A DNA stretch of 35,528 nt from a virus (taxonomy: Duplodnaviria; Caudoviricetes), in IMG/VR virus record IMGVR_UViG_3300044723_001885, positions 1 to 35,528 of that record; one strand, 5' to 3'. A program made the position numbers and the translations under genes. Shown here in pieces: positions 17,854 to 27,077 of the stretch. Under the pieces are notes generated by a model. The model saw only the letters and a list, made by a program, of their open reading frames with translations, searched no databases and had not been told where the DNA came from. Numbering within the stretch: position 1 is the stretch's first letter; every line of letters starts with the position of its first letter.

Positions 17854-19757
17854 TATCCTACTTCTCCCCAGTTGTTGCCTAGTTCCTGATCCACCTTGCT
17901 CGGCACTTTAAGTGGCGTGCTGGTTTCCATGATCTCCGTGATTCTCGATGCTTGCTCCTTGGACTCTACATTGAAGCAGAGTTCGTCATGAACCGTGAGC
18001 AATGGCACAAGACCCTCTTTGTAGCACTCAACCATCGCGGTCTTCGTTTGGTCGGCTGCCGAACCTTGGATCAATCGGTTTAACGCCTTGTAGGTAAAGG
18101 CGCGGCGGATGTTCATGCCGTACTCTTTCTCCGCATCTTCACGCTTCATAGGCTTGTTGTAACCAAATGTCCTTGGCTCCCACATATCAAACCGACACTG
18201 CCGCCCTGACATAGTCCTGATCTTGCCGTGCTTGCTAGCCTGGTTTGACACCAGATCAGCCAACCCTTTAACAAAAGGAACTTTGGTGTGGTATTGCCCC
18301 AACAATTCGGTGGCTTCGTCTGTGCTGATGTTCATCGTGTTGGCTAGTTTAGCTTTGCCCATGCCATACATGATGCCCAGATTCACGGTCTTGGCCTGCT
18401 TGCGACTGATCCCAGCCATGTCTGCCACCATCTGGTGGAAATCCGCATCGCCTTTGTGATACTGCTCAACCAGTTCGTCAACCAACGGATGCCGCATGTT
18501 GTCGTTGAGGCTGGCGCAATAGTGCACCAAGAGCCTTGGCTCCTGACTCGAATAGTCAAAACTACCCCACTTGCAATCCTCGTCTGGGATGAACAACCCA
18601 CGGATTAACGACTTAATCTCTGGATCTCGTGCAGGGAGCTGTTGCAAATTAGGATTACTGGAACTAAACCGTCCTGTTACCGTGCCGCCATCGTCCGAAC
18701 GGAGCTGATGAAATTCGCAGTGAATGCGGCCCTTGTGGGAAAACTTTAGGATGTTATCCACAAACGTATTGCTTGCCTTATCTAGTTCACGCAAGCGCAG
18801 GATCTTTGCCGCAACAGGGTGCGGTGAGGCTTGTAGAAAGGCTTTTGTAAAAGACGGCTGACCGTTACCTTCTGTTCTGTTATAATGAAGATTATAATAG
18901 TCAAATACTTTAGCCACAGATGTTGACACCCAAGGCTCTACCTGAAAGCCTGTCTCGTGCTTGATATCTGCCACAAGATCTTTCTTTGCTGCGATCAACG
19001 CTGTTTTTGCCTGCTCGGCACCGTCTATGTTAACCTTGACTCCCGCCTCTCGCATATCAAGCATAAGAGGAATTAGGTTCGTTTCCATCTCAAACACTGT
19101 CATAAGGCTTTGCGCCTGTAGCTCCACCTTAAATCTGTTCCACAGCTTCAATGTGAGTTCGGCATCTTTCTCGGCATATGCCCCCACAAACCGTGAGTTG
19201 AGCCGCCACATCTCTGCCTTCGGATCAAAGCCGTGGTCAAGAGCCGCCGCTCTTAGAGTCTTCTCGTCCTTGCGTTCGTTTAGGTAGTCTCGCGCCAAGT
19301 TGTTAAGGCTATAGCTGAAGCGGTTCTCGTCAATAAGCGGAGCCGCTACCATGGTGTCGATTATCGTCCCTTGAATCTTGACTCCTGCCCATCGCAGCCA
19401 GCCAGCGTCATAGGTGGCATTGTGCATAATCTTAGGGATTTTAGGCGTAGCCAACTGATCTTTGAGCCATGTCATCACCTTCTTCAAAGGGATGTTGCCG
19501 CCGCCCTCGTGAGCAATAGGGTAATACCCAACAAAATCCCCAGCCGCGATAGCGATACCGACAATAAACCCATCGCTCCTAGCCCAGCCTGGGCCTAATG
19601 TCATGAGGTTTGGATCATTGGTTTCCAAGTCAATAGCGATATATTCGCTTCTGGTTAAGTCAGGGAAGACCTCTGGTGGTAACCAGTCCTGCTCTATCGT
19701 ATCTAGATCCATACGATTAAGAAAACTTAATTGGCTTTTTTCCTTCTTACTCGCCAT
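17853..19757 (-). CDS. Family A DNA polymerase with 3'-5' exonuclease
   Basis: Exo motifs AIDLET, HNATYD, YAEKDA; polymerase motifs TGRFSSSNPNLQQLP, DYSSQEPR, RKQAKTVNLGIMYG, IQGSAAD, VHDEL. Confidence 0.97.
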   Translation of the reverse strand: MASKKEKSQLSFLNRMDLDTIEQDWLPPEVFPDLTRSEYIAIDLETNDPNLMTLGPGWARSDGFIVGIAIAAGDFVGYYPIAHEGGGNIPLKKVMTWLKDQLATPKIPKIMHNATYDAGWLRWAGVKIQGTIIDTMVAAPLIDENRFSYSLNNLARDYLNERKDEKTLRAAALDHGFDPKAEMWRLNSRFVGAYAEKDAELTLKLWNRFKVELQAQSLMTVFEMETNLIPLMLDMREAGVKVNIDGAEQAKTALIAAKKDLVADIKHETGFQVEPWVSTSVAKVFDYYNLHYNRTEGNGQPSFTKAFLQASPHPVAAKILRLRELDKASNTFVDNILKFSHKGRIHCEFHQLRSDDGGTVTGRFSSSNPNLQQLPARDPEIKSLIRGLFIPDEDCKWGSFDYSSQEPRLLVHYCASLNDNMRHPLVDELVEQYHKGDADFHQMVADMAGISRKQAKTVNLGIMYGMGKAKLANTMNISTDEATELLGQYHTKVPFVKGLADLVSNQASKHGKIRTMSGRQCRFDMWEPRTFGYNKPMKREDAEKEYGMNIRRAFTYKALNRLIQGSAADQTKTAMVECYKEGLVPLLTVHDELCFNVESKEQASRITEIMETSTPLKVPSKVDQELGNNWGEVG

Positions 19758-20007
19758 TCTTTTCCCCTCCTAATGCCGCATACCCACAAAGATCAATCCA
19801 ACTGTCCGCATGATCGGTCTTCATTAAACGTGCCGCCTTAACCATGATCATACACAAAACAAACTGTTGCTCAGTGATTTCTGTGCCAAGAATAACAGAC
19901 CAGAGTTTGGCAATGTCTTGAAAGTTCTTGTGAGCATCCCCATAATCTTTGTGCCTGTCGCCGTTAACTAAACCTTTGGCTGTGTCTAATATCTCTTCAC
20001 GTTTCAT
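19747..20007 (-). CDS. DUF6378-like phage protein
   Basis: MKREEILDTAKGLVNGDR..DYGD...NF..IA.LWS...M..VK.AR......DSW.D..GYAALG; GGAG RBS before ATG 20007. Confidence 0.75.
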   Translation of the reverse strand: MKREEILDTAKGLVNGDRHKDYGDAHKNFQDIAKLWSVILGTEITEQQFVLCMIMVKAARLMKTDHADSWIDLCGYAALGGEKNGE

Positions 20008-20176
20008 GCTTATCTCCGCGTAAGTACCGTTCATGCTCCATGCCATTGTCAAAACCTTTTTGATACGCTTGGTTCAGCGCAGATGTCATCTCAGGTCCAA
20101 TCGAAAGGTTAAAACTTGTTGTGACCCTTTCACGAAAGCCCTCAATTATTTCCTCTACAAATTCATGTTTTGTCAT
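19997..20176 (-). CDS. Hypothetical protein (59 aa; absent from the ORF track)
   Basis: MTKHEFVEEII...AYQKGFDNGMEHERYLRGDKHET; ATGA overlap with the helicase stop; fills the gap exactly. Confidence 0.65.
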   Translation of the reverse strand: MTKHEFVEEIIEGFRERVTTSFNLSIGPEMTSALNQAYQKGFDNGMEHERYLRGDKHET

Positions 20177-21687
20177 ATTTCATACCTATATTTACATTCT
20201 GGATCTACGATATGCAGATTGTGTTTCGTTCTCGTGATGCCTGTATAAAACACACGGTGCTCATCATCTTGTTCAGGGTTCTTGACCGCCGGATAACACG
20301 ACTCCGTGAACAGCATGATATTGTCATCCTCCCCACCTTTCATGCGGTGGATAGTAGATAGGCTGATCCTTGCTTCCATGTTGCCCCTCCGCTTGATCGC
20401 CGCCAGATAGGTGCGTTCTTCTGGGGACATGTTCACGATGTCCTCGGAACTGGTAGACTTTTGCGACAACATACCATGATCACGAACCAGATCCTCATAC
20501 TTATATATCGCTTGAGGATCCACAGCATCGAGAGACTTGACCGAACCTCGTTGAACCACGGCTCTTGAACCTTGCTTCGGCACTTGCTTGTACAGTTCCC
20601 GAACATCTTCGAGGCTCACGCCCTCTTCCTTTTGTAACCGATCCCAGATCTTCATCGCCTTGAGCAGTTCCTCGTTGAAACTGAGGCGATCATACATCCG
20701 AAACAACTGACCATCGTTGCGCAGTTGAGTGGCTACTTTGGCTATTATATTGTTGGTTCTCCCCATGATTGTCCACGAACCTTGATCCGTGTCCACATCG
20801 TGCCAACTCGAATACCACTGGATATCCCCCTCACGATCCATTGGATTCCAGTCCTTGGGCTGGCGATACCCGATCCTCTGAACCACACTGTTGGCTAGAT
20901 CGAACACCTTCTTCGGCACGCGATAACTTTGATCCAAGATCTTTTTGTTGTCGCAAGCATTCATGAAGTTGCTGACTTCTACGCCATTCCAACGGTGGAT
21001 ACATTGATCGTCATCCCCCGCATAGTAGATACGATCAGCGTGTTGCTTGAGCACATTAACTTGATGCCACTGCAAAGGCGTTAGATCCTGTGCTTCATCG
21101 ACAATAAGAACATCAAGCGTGGGTGCCGTGCCTTGCCTCACGAACTCCTGCACCATATCGGTGTAGTCGTGCTTCATGGCATCCTTTTTATACAAGTTGT
21201 ATGCCTTTGCAATATGCTCGACATTCTCCCAGTACAGACTGTAGTCGGCGCGATCATTGAACTCTTCTTCGAGTGAGATGCAGCGCATGGCAGATCTGGC
21301 TATGATTTCCAGATACTTGTTGCCCTCCTTGTTGGACATCGGAACCAGTCCGTCTTCCATTGCTCTCGCCGTGTTGCCATCAAAGACCATGCCCAGATCC
21401 CTACCAAGCATATTGAAATCGTAAGCATTCATCAGGTCTTCATGGTTGTAGCCAAGCCAGCGGTGGCCAATAGAATGTAGTGTCCTGAACCACGGAACAT
21501 CCTTCTCCGTCAGTCCAAGATCGGAACCAGCCCGAGCCCGAGCCTCTTCGATAGACTTCTTAGAGAAGGACACAAAGCCGATACGGTCAGGGGGCGTGCC
21601 TCTTGACAGTTCTTCTTTTATCAAGTTGATCAGGGTGTGGGTCTTGCCACATCCTGGTGGTCCGAAGATCAGCGTTTCATTCGTCAT
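20173..21687 (-). CDS. UvrD/Rep-like SF1 DNA helicase
   Basis: GPPGCGKT, FRTLHS, VDEAQD, GDDDQCI..W.G, QSYRVP, STIH..KGGE, FYTGITR; start reassigned to MTNETLIF. Confidence 0.92.
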   Translation of the reverse strand: MTNETLIFGPPGCGKTHTLINLIKEELSRGTPPDRIGFVSFSKKSIEEARARAGSDLGLTEKDVPWFRTLHSIGHRWLGYNHEDLMNAYDFNMLGRDLGMVFDGNTARAMEDGLVPMSNKEGNKYLEIIARSAMRCISLEEEFNDRADYSLYWENVEHIAKAYNLYKKDAMKHDYTDMVQEFVRQGTAPTLDVLIVDEAQDLTPLQWHQVNVLKQHADRIYYAGDDDQCIHRWNGVEVSNFMNACDNKKILDQSYRVPKKVFDLANSVVQRIGYRQPKDWNPMDREGDIQWYSSWHDVDTDQGSWTIMGRTNNIIAKVATQLRNDGQLFRMYDRLSFNEELLKAMKIWDRLQKEEGVSLEDVRELYKQVPKQGSRAVVQRGSVKSLDAVDPQAIYKYEDLVRDHGMLSQKSTSSEDIVNMSPEERTYLAAIKRRGNMEARISLSTIHRMKGGEDDNIMLFTESCYPAVKNPEQDDEHRVFYTGITRTKHNLHIVDPECKYRYEI

Positions 21688-21898
21688 CGACTTTGCCTCT
21701 AGGTCGATTAGCCAACCACTCTTCAACTTCTGACCGCAGCCACCTCGTTGTGCTGTTCTTGTCCGTATGCGGACCCAACACAACTGGCTTTGGGAAGTGG
21801 CCTTCTTTCACCCAGATATATATGGCAGATCGAGAAACACCCAACCATTCCGTCAGGTCCCCGACCTTCAGGTATTGCTCGTTAGAAAGGGATGTCAT
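21677..21898 (-). CDS. AlpA/excisionase-like HTH DNA-binding protein
   Basis: YLKV.DL...LGVSRSAIY.WVKEGHFPKPV.LG....RW..SEVEEW. Confidence 0.85.
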   Translation of the reverse strand: MTSLSNEQYLKVGDLTEWLGVSRSAIYIWVKEGHFPKPVVLGPHTDKNSTTRWLRSEVEEWLANRPRGKVDDE

Positions 21899-23414
21899 CC
21901 ATGTTCTCCTTGTTGCTTGGTAGTTTGATTTCTGTGTCTTCGAACTCAGGCACCCACCATACTCGAATATTGTGCCATTTGCCCGACTCATCTTTCAGTT
22001 TGTAGTATCCATTGCATTCGCCGCCATTGTTCAAACGCTTCAGTCGTTCTTGCAACTGAGGTCTGTTGAACGCTTGGAAGCCTCGTGTCCGCAGGAACTC
22101 CTGCAAACCTTTCATCGTGAAGTAAACAAGATCGTTCTCTGTCCACGGCTTGCCTAACTTCAACTCCTCTGGTGACCGCGCCCTGATCCGGCTGGTGCAA
22201 TAGAACTCTAGCAGTTCCTCGAACTGACCTGTCATTGTCAGTTCTGGTGACACTTCGATGTTTGTTGCGGTCATCATCAGGTTGTTCACCAACACCTGCC
22301 AGTCCCCTGGTTTCATAGTAGGGGGCATGAAACTAATCTGATCCATGCAGGCTCGTTGGAAAAGCGTTGGCATCTGCAACTGCTCGGTTGAGAGTTCGAG
22401 TCGCTGTCCGTTGACATCGAGGAAGTAAAGTCTGGGCTCTGATTGCAGGATGGTCAGGCCGCCCATCGATGGCATGGCGGATGATTTACCTACGCCGTGC
22501 TCCATGGTGATGCACTGATCTCTGTTGCAATAACTAGCCATCGGTTCGTCCTTGCACTTGTAGCCATACTTATCTTTTTCTACCTGCTTCTGAAGACGGA
22601 CAATGTCATTGGCTGGAAGCGGCGGCTTACAGATCTTGCCGTTCCATTCTTCCATCTTCTTCTTCCAGTTGTCGGGGTATTTCTTTTTCAAGAATATCCC
22701 TGTATGCAACATCGTGTTGTCACGGCCACCTTCACCGACACCCATCATCACAATATACTTGATGCATGGTATCAGGCCATCGAACTCCTGCTCCTTGGAC
22801 TCGAAAGACAACCTGGATAAATCCTCGATGGTGGTCTTCTTTTTATCCACCAAGTCAAGGAACTCTTCCAAAGACAGATCATTGCCTTTGGCGTCCACGG
22901 CATATCGCAGTGTGTTCTGATGGTCAAAGTATGGCAGGTTAATAAAGTTGCCAACATCCCCCCGATCAGCAAGGATCTGATCCTGCTTTGGGAAAACCTC
23001 GCAGCCCGAGTAACCAAGCACGGCAGAGAACTCTGTCAAGTAGTCACGCATATCCACAGCCCGAACCCAATCCTTCATGAATAGGTAGAGGTGTGCTCCG
23101 CCAGACTTGGATCGGCAAACAACAAATGGAATACCTAAACTGTCGCACTTCTTCTGGATCTCGGCATGGTCGATTGGATACTTGTCAATATCAAGAACCC
23201 CAAACCGACAAACATTTTTATCTGTAATCGGGATCGAACCCACACCTTTTGTTCCATCTAAATGTTGTGCAATCAACTCCTTGGTTAGCGGCTCTTTGAC
23301 TATGAAACTTCTTGCTTCTGTCTTTCCGTTACGCCGCTTGGCTCCGACTGTTGTTTGACCGTGTGCCTTGTCTGATCCTTCAAACACAGCCGCAAAGCGG
23401 TCAATCAATTCCAT
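21882..23414 (-). CDS. AEP-superfamily DNA primase with C-terminal accessory domains
   Basis: LDID, RSKSGGAHLY, E.FPKQ, GNFINLPY motifs, followed by PC...G..EGGRDN (PriCT-like). Confidence 0.85.
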   Translation of the reverse strand: MELIDRFAAVFEGSDKAHGQTTVGAKRRNGKTEARSFIVKEPLTKELIAQHLDGTKGVGSIPITDKNVCRFGVLDIDKYPIDHAEIQKKCDSLGIPFVVCRSKSGGAHLYLFMKDWVRAVDMRDYLTEFSAVLGYSGCEVFPKQDQILADRGDVGNFINLPYFDHQNTLRYAVDAKGNDLSLEEFLDLVDKKKTTIEDLSRLSFESKEQEFDGLIPCIKYIVMMGVGEGGRDNTMLHTGIFLKKKYPDNWKKKMEEWNGKICKPPLPANDIVRLQKQVEKDKYGYKCKDEPMASYCNRDQCITMEHGVGKSSAMPSMGGLTILQSEPRLYFLDVNGQRLELSTEQLQMPTLFQRACMDQISFMPPTMKPGDWQVLVNNLMMTATNIEVSPELTMTGQFEELLEFYCTSRIRARSPEELKLGKPWTENDLVYFTMKGLQEFLRTRGFQAFNRPQLQERLKRLNNGGECNGYYKLKDESGKWHNIRVWWVPEFEDTEIKLPSNKENMDDIPF

Positions 23415-23426
23415 TATAAACTCCGT

Positions 23427-23459
23427 GAGAAAAATGGGGGGAAGCCCCTCTTCCCCCCA
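23427..23459 (-). terminator. Intrinsic terminator after the SSB-like gene
   Basis: TGGGGGGAAG-N5-CTTCCCCCCA stem, followed by a T-run on the minus strand. Confidence 0.8.
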
Positions 23460-23469
23460 AGTGGTTCAA

Positions 23470-24258
23470 TTAGAATGGCACATCATCGTCCGGTGCGGTG
23501 GACGCTGGTGCTGGTGCTTCCTCGGCTACTGCCTTGGCCTCGCCTTTCATAATTGACTCACGGAATGATTTGGCTTCATCGAACAAATTCTTGTCCTGAA
23601 TGAACCCAACCTTTTCAATCTGCCAGTTGTACCAAGTGCCCATGGTGTTGGACTCCTCAGTAGTAGACAGTTTCCACATGGTTGCATACAGGGCAGGCGT
23701 GCGCATTTGTCCCTTGCTATCTTTCACCTTCTGCATTGCAATCTGTGTTTTCCAACGGCGACTGACCTTCAACTGTGTGGACTTCATGTCCACGATTGCT
23801 GGCTGGGTCAGGCCATCTGCACCCACCAAGATGCAGTAATGCTGGTCAGACTTAACCAATTCATTACCGTTTGGCAGGATCTCTTTGGCACCGTTGCGTG
23901 TGGTTTGAGAAAGATCTGGATCAGCAACTTGCCGCTCCCCAACAAATCCACCACCGCTGTCCAACGGAACAAACTCAAGGTACTTCGTTTCCTGGTAGCA
24001 TGGGATGACAGTGATGCCATCTTCTCCGCCCCAGAACTCCCCAGTCACCGTATTGAAGGCATCGCCCTGTGATGCACCTTTAATAAATGCAGGGTCGCTC
24101 TTCTTGATTTGCGGTGACAGTGCTTGAATGACACGAATGAAAGGGATCTGTAACTCCGAAGTATCGTAGTCGATACCCTCTCCAGCCGTAGCCAGAATGT
24201 CATCCATCATTGCGGCTGGAAGACCAGCCTCTTCTTTTTTTACGATTTCTGTGCTCAT
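23470..24258 (-). CDS. Putative single-stranded DNA-binding protein
   Basis: Replication-module context; acidic C-terminal tip DDDVPF after a flexible A/P linker. Confidence 0.6.
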   Translation of the reverse strand: MSTEIVKKEEAGLPAAMMDDILATAGEGIDYDTSELQIPFIRVIQALSPQIKKSDPAFIKGASQGDAFNTVTGEFWGGEDGITVIPCYQETKYLEFVPLDSGGGFVGERQVADPDLSQTTRNGAKEILPNGNELVKSDQHYCILVGADGLTQPAIVDMKSTQLKVSRRWKTQIAMQKVKDSKGQMRTPALYATMWKLSTTEESNTMGTWYNWQIEKVGFIQDKNLFDEAKSFRESIMKGEAKAVAEEAPAPASTAPDDDVPF

Positions 24259-24260
24259 GA

Positions 24261-24830
24261 TTATTTCCTCTTCACATCAGCAGTTCTTGCAACATATGCT
24301 CCAAACATATCCAGATCTAAAGGTAGACCTTGTTCCACCCGCTCTTTGACAAACGCCTTGAGCGTCATGGCATGGATATGCGTCTTTTGTTCTGGGTGAA
24401 AACCACGCTGTTCGAGGTCATACATGACATCGCCAGCCTGATTGTCTTGCCCACGACCAAACGACACGATGATGTCGTTCTTAATGATGTCGTCCAGACC
24501 ATGTTCACGGAGCCAGTTGAAAGCCTCCTGCTTACGGTCAGCAGGGATAGACGCTGAGACAAACGGTTTTAGTGTTACGGTTGCACCTTCCACATCGACA
24601 CGCTCGATACCCATCTCATCCATGAGGGCTGGGATCTGCTCAAACGATATCCGCTGTTTCTCCTGCTTGAGTGCCTTCAAATGTTCTTCAGCGTCATCGA
24701 TTTGCTGTTGAACATTATTTAAAAGACGAACCAAACTGGAGAGCTGTTTGCCGCCATCCGCATTTACACCGCTAAGTGTATCCGCATCGGCGAACATTTC
24801 TTCTTCAAAGATTGTTTCACTCTGCTTCAT
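24261..24830 (-). CDS. Conserved replication-module phage protein (coiled-coil N-half)
   Basis: IP.LM.EMG, AF.WLREHG..DIIKN, H.MTLKAFVKER motifs, commonly found upstream of this SSB type; function unknown. Confidence 0.65.
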   Translation of the reverse strand: MKQSETIFEEEMFADADTLSGVNADGGKQLSSLVRLLNNVQQQIDDAEEHLKALKQEKQRISFEQIPALMDEMGIERVDVEGATVTLKPFVSASIPADRKQEAFNWLREHGLDDIIKNDIIVSFGRGQDNQAGDVMYDLEQRGFHPEQKTHIHAMTLKAFVKERVEQGLPLDLDMFGAYVARTADVKRK

Positions 24831-24858
24831 AGCAAGTACATCCTCTTCAGGTTAAGTG

Positions 24859-24887
24859 TTGACTAGCCAATCCAATCAACTTATATA
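24859..24887 (+). promoter_or_regulatory. Putative promoter in the divergent gap between the replication and SNF2 units
   Basis: TTGACT-N17-TATATA, then GGAGG and ATG 24908. Confidence 0.5.
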
Positions 24888-24907
24888 TAACATAATGGAG
24901 GACATTA

Positions 24908-26380
24908 ATGAAAGTCAACTACAAATTTAAAACTGAACCGTATGAGCATCAACGCAAGGCGTGGTCAGCAAATTTGCAGCGTCAGTGCTACGCTTATTTC
25001 ATGGAGATGGGAACTGGTAAGTCCAAAGTTCTCATCGATACCATGGCCTATCTTGCTAACACACAACAGATAGACTTTGCGTTGGTCATCGCGCCCAAGG
25101 GCGTATACCGTAACTGGATGAACAAGGAAATACCAGAACATTTTCCTAATGACATCCGGCGGCACACCTTCTTGTGGCAACCTTTGTCCACGAAGAAGTA
25201 TAAAGATGCACTGAAAAATTTCTTCTCGAACCCCGAACCTGGGCTCAAGATCTTTGTCATGAATGTCGAAGCGTTTAGTTCTGCCAAGGGCAAGAAGGCA
25301 GGCGAGTGGATCGCAAAGAAGTTTGGTGCAAACGGGATGATTGCGATTGACGAATCTACCACGATCAAAAATCCAAAGGCAGCCCGAACCAAATCCCTTC
25401 TGAAGATCTCCCAAGAATTTAAGTGTCGGCGTATCTTGACGGGTTCGCCCGTGACCAAATCCCCTCTGGATCTGTATGCACAATGTGCGTTTCTCGATCC
25501 TCGGATCTTGGGCTACGATTCCTACTATGCATTCCAAGCACGATACGCACTCATCCAACGGCGCACGATGGGATCACTCAGTTTTGATGAGATCATCGGG
25601 TACAAAAACCTAGACGAACTGACAGAAAAACTGGATACCTTTAGTTATCGTGTGCTCAAGAAAGATTGTTTGGATCTGCCCGAAAAGAATTATACCGTGC
25701 GTTATGTCGGCATGACACCCGAACAACGACAAATGTACCAAGATATATCAGAAGAGGCCATGATTGAGTTTGAAGATGGGGAACTTGTGACATCCTTACA
25801 GATGATCACGGCATTGCTACGCTTCCAACAGATCTTGTCAGGGCATTTACCGACTGATGATGGCAACCTCGTTGAGTTTAACACACAGCGTCTTGACGCT
25901 ATGATGTCATGCATCGAGGAGGTTTCTGGCAAAATCATTATCTGGTCACGCTTCAGATATGATATAGTGCGTATCAAAGATGCGCTTGCAAAGAAATATG
26001 GTAGTCACAGTGTGGTCACATATTACGGAGATACTTCTGACGAAGAGCGTCAAAACGCTATAGCGTCATTCCAACATGGGGATGCTCGGTTCTTTGTAGC
26101 CAACCCAGCCACGGCTGGATATGGGCTCACGCTGACTGAGGCTAACACCGTGATCTACTACGCTAACGACTTTAATCTCGAAACTCGAATCCAATCAGAG
26201 GATCGGTGTCATCGTATCGGACAGAAGAATACTGTCACATACATCGATCTGATCTGTGAAGGCACAGTGGATGAGAAGATTGTTCAGGCGTTGCGAGATA
26301 AGATTGACATTGGTGCCAGAGTTCTAGGAGAGGAGGCAAGAGAATGGTTGACTTTAAACCACAAATATCAGGAAGCATAG
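24908..26380 (+). CDS. SNF2-family (SF2) helicase/ATPase
   Basis: PYEHQ, EMGTGKS, IDEST.IKN, ILTGSP, GYGLTLT.A, QSEDRCHRIGQ. Confidence 0.93.
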   Translation: MKVNYKFKTEPYEHQRKAWSANLQRQCYAYFMEMGTGKSKVLIDTMAYLANTQQIDFALVIAPKGVYRNWMNKEIPEHFPNDIRRHTFLWQPLSTKKYKDALKNFFSNPEPGLKIFVMNVEAFSSAKGKKAGEWIAKKFGANGMIAIDESTTIKNPKAARTKSLLKISQEFKCRRILTGSPVTKSPLDLYAQCAFLDPRILGYDSYYAFQARYALIQRRTMGSLSFDEIIGYKNLDELTEKLDTFSYRVLKKDCLDLPEKNYTVRYVGMTPEQRQMYQDISEEAMIEFEDGELVTSLQMITALLRFQQILSGHLPTDDGNLVEFNTQRLDAMMSCIEEVSGKIIIWSRFRYDIVRIKDALAKKYGSHSVVTYYGDTSDEERQNAIASFQHGDARFFVANPATAGYGLTLTEANTVIYYANDFNLETRIQSEDRCHRIGQKNTVTYIDLICEGTVDEKIVQALRDKIDIGARVLGEEAREWLTLNHKYQEA

Positions 26381-26577
26381 ATGTGCTCATCGATTACAAG
26401 AAAGGATTGCTTACGCAAGAGCAAGCAGTAGACCGATTTAGGAAACTGACTGGGCTCAACATAGAAGTTGCAAAAACTTTTTTGAAAGGGATGAGTCGTG
26501 ATAACATCATATCGCTTGAAGCAAAGAGAAAGATCCTTAACCAACAGGAGGAGACAGACGATGATCGAGCAGGGTGA
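26344..26577 (+). CDS. Hypothetical protein
   Basis: GAGGAGG upstream; overlaps the end of the SNF2 gene. Confidence 0.6.
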   Translation: MVDFKPQISGSIDVLIDYKKGLLTQEQAVDRFRKLTGLNIEVAKTFLKGMSRDNIISLEAKRKILNQQEETDDDRAG

Positions 26578-26776
26578 TGGCACTATTGCAAAGCGGCTGA
26601 GTCAGGGGATGTGCCCTCGATGCAGGACACACTTGCCGCCCGTTGATGTTCACGGGCATCTACAATGTGCCGCTTGCAAGGTTGTGATCAGCGATTGTTG
26701 CCAAGGCGAACAAGCCGAATGTTTAATAAAAGGAACAGCAGATGGAGGATGGCCACTTGATCGGTCAGACGATTAA
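26561..26776 (+). CDS. Small zinc-finger protein
   Basis: AGGAGG RBS before ATG 26561; CPRC...VHGH.QC..C.....CCQG. Confidence 0.7.
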   Translation: MIEQGDGTIAKRLSQGMCPRCRTHLPPVDVHGHLQCAACKVVISDCCQGEQAECLIKGTADGGWPLDRSDD

Positions 26777-26782
26777 ATGGAA

Positions 26783-26923
26783 TTATTGTGATACTGGTGG
26801 TCTTGTACCAAGTGAAAAGGGGCGGTTGATCCGCCCCTTCCTTGTATATAGTTTCTTTGATTTCACAACTCGTTGCCTGAACCTTGGCTCACGAATCTTA
26901 AGTGCTACTGGATTGCGTTTCAT
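26783..26923 (-). CDS. ArfA-like small basic protein (46 aa; absent from the ORF track)
   Basis: MKRNPVALKIREPRFRQRVVKSKKLYTRKGRINRPFSLGTRPPVSQ; aligns by eye with the core of E. coli ArfA. Confidence 0.65.
   Translation of the reverse strand: MKRNPVALKIREPRFRQRVVKSKKLYTRKGRINRPFSLGTRPPVSQ
26811..26839 (-). terminator. Intrinsic terminator inside the ArfA-like ORF (possibly bidirectional)
   Basis: Minus strand AAGGGGCGG-ATCAA-CCGCCCC-TTTTCACT; lies where the + and - units converge. Confidence 0.8.
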
Positions 26924-27077
26924 AGGCTCTTCGGATTAACACGCCAATCTGCCGCGCCATTGTCCGCTCCTCTCTGTCTGCAACTTGCCTCAACATCTCA
27001 TATGTTTCAAGAGGCACAGCCACATTACGAAACCTTGCTTTTTCTTCTACCTTTGGTCGTCCGACTGGCTTTGCCAT
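26898..27077 (-). CDS. Ribbon-helix-helix-like DNA-binding protein (59 aa; absent from the ORF track)
   Basis: MAKPVGRPKVEEKARFRNVAVPLETYEMLRQVADREERTMARQIGVLIRRAY; GRP + beta strand + two helices; AAGGAAAGG upstream. Confidence 0.7.
   Translation of the reverse strand: MAKPVGRPKVEEKARFRNVAVPLETYEMLRQVADREERTMARQIGVLIRRAYETQSSST

Noticed and set aside
20173-21991. Extended N-termini given by the ORF track for the helicase and AlpA-like genes (also 4229, 31268, 33293, 35001, 35513)
   Set aside because: Downstream ATGs with RBSs or stop/start coupling fit better and remove long overlaps.
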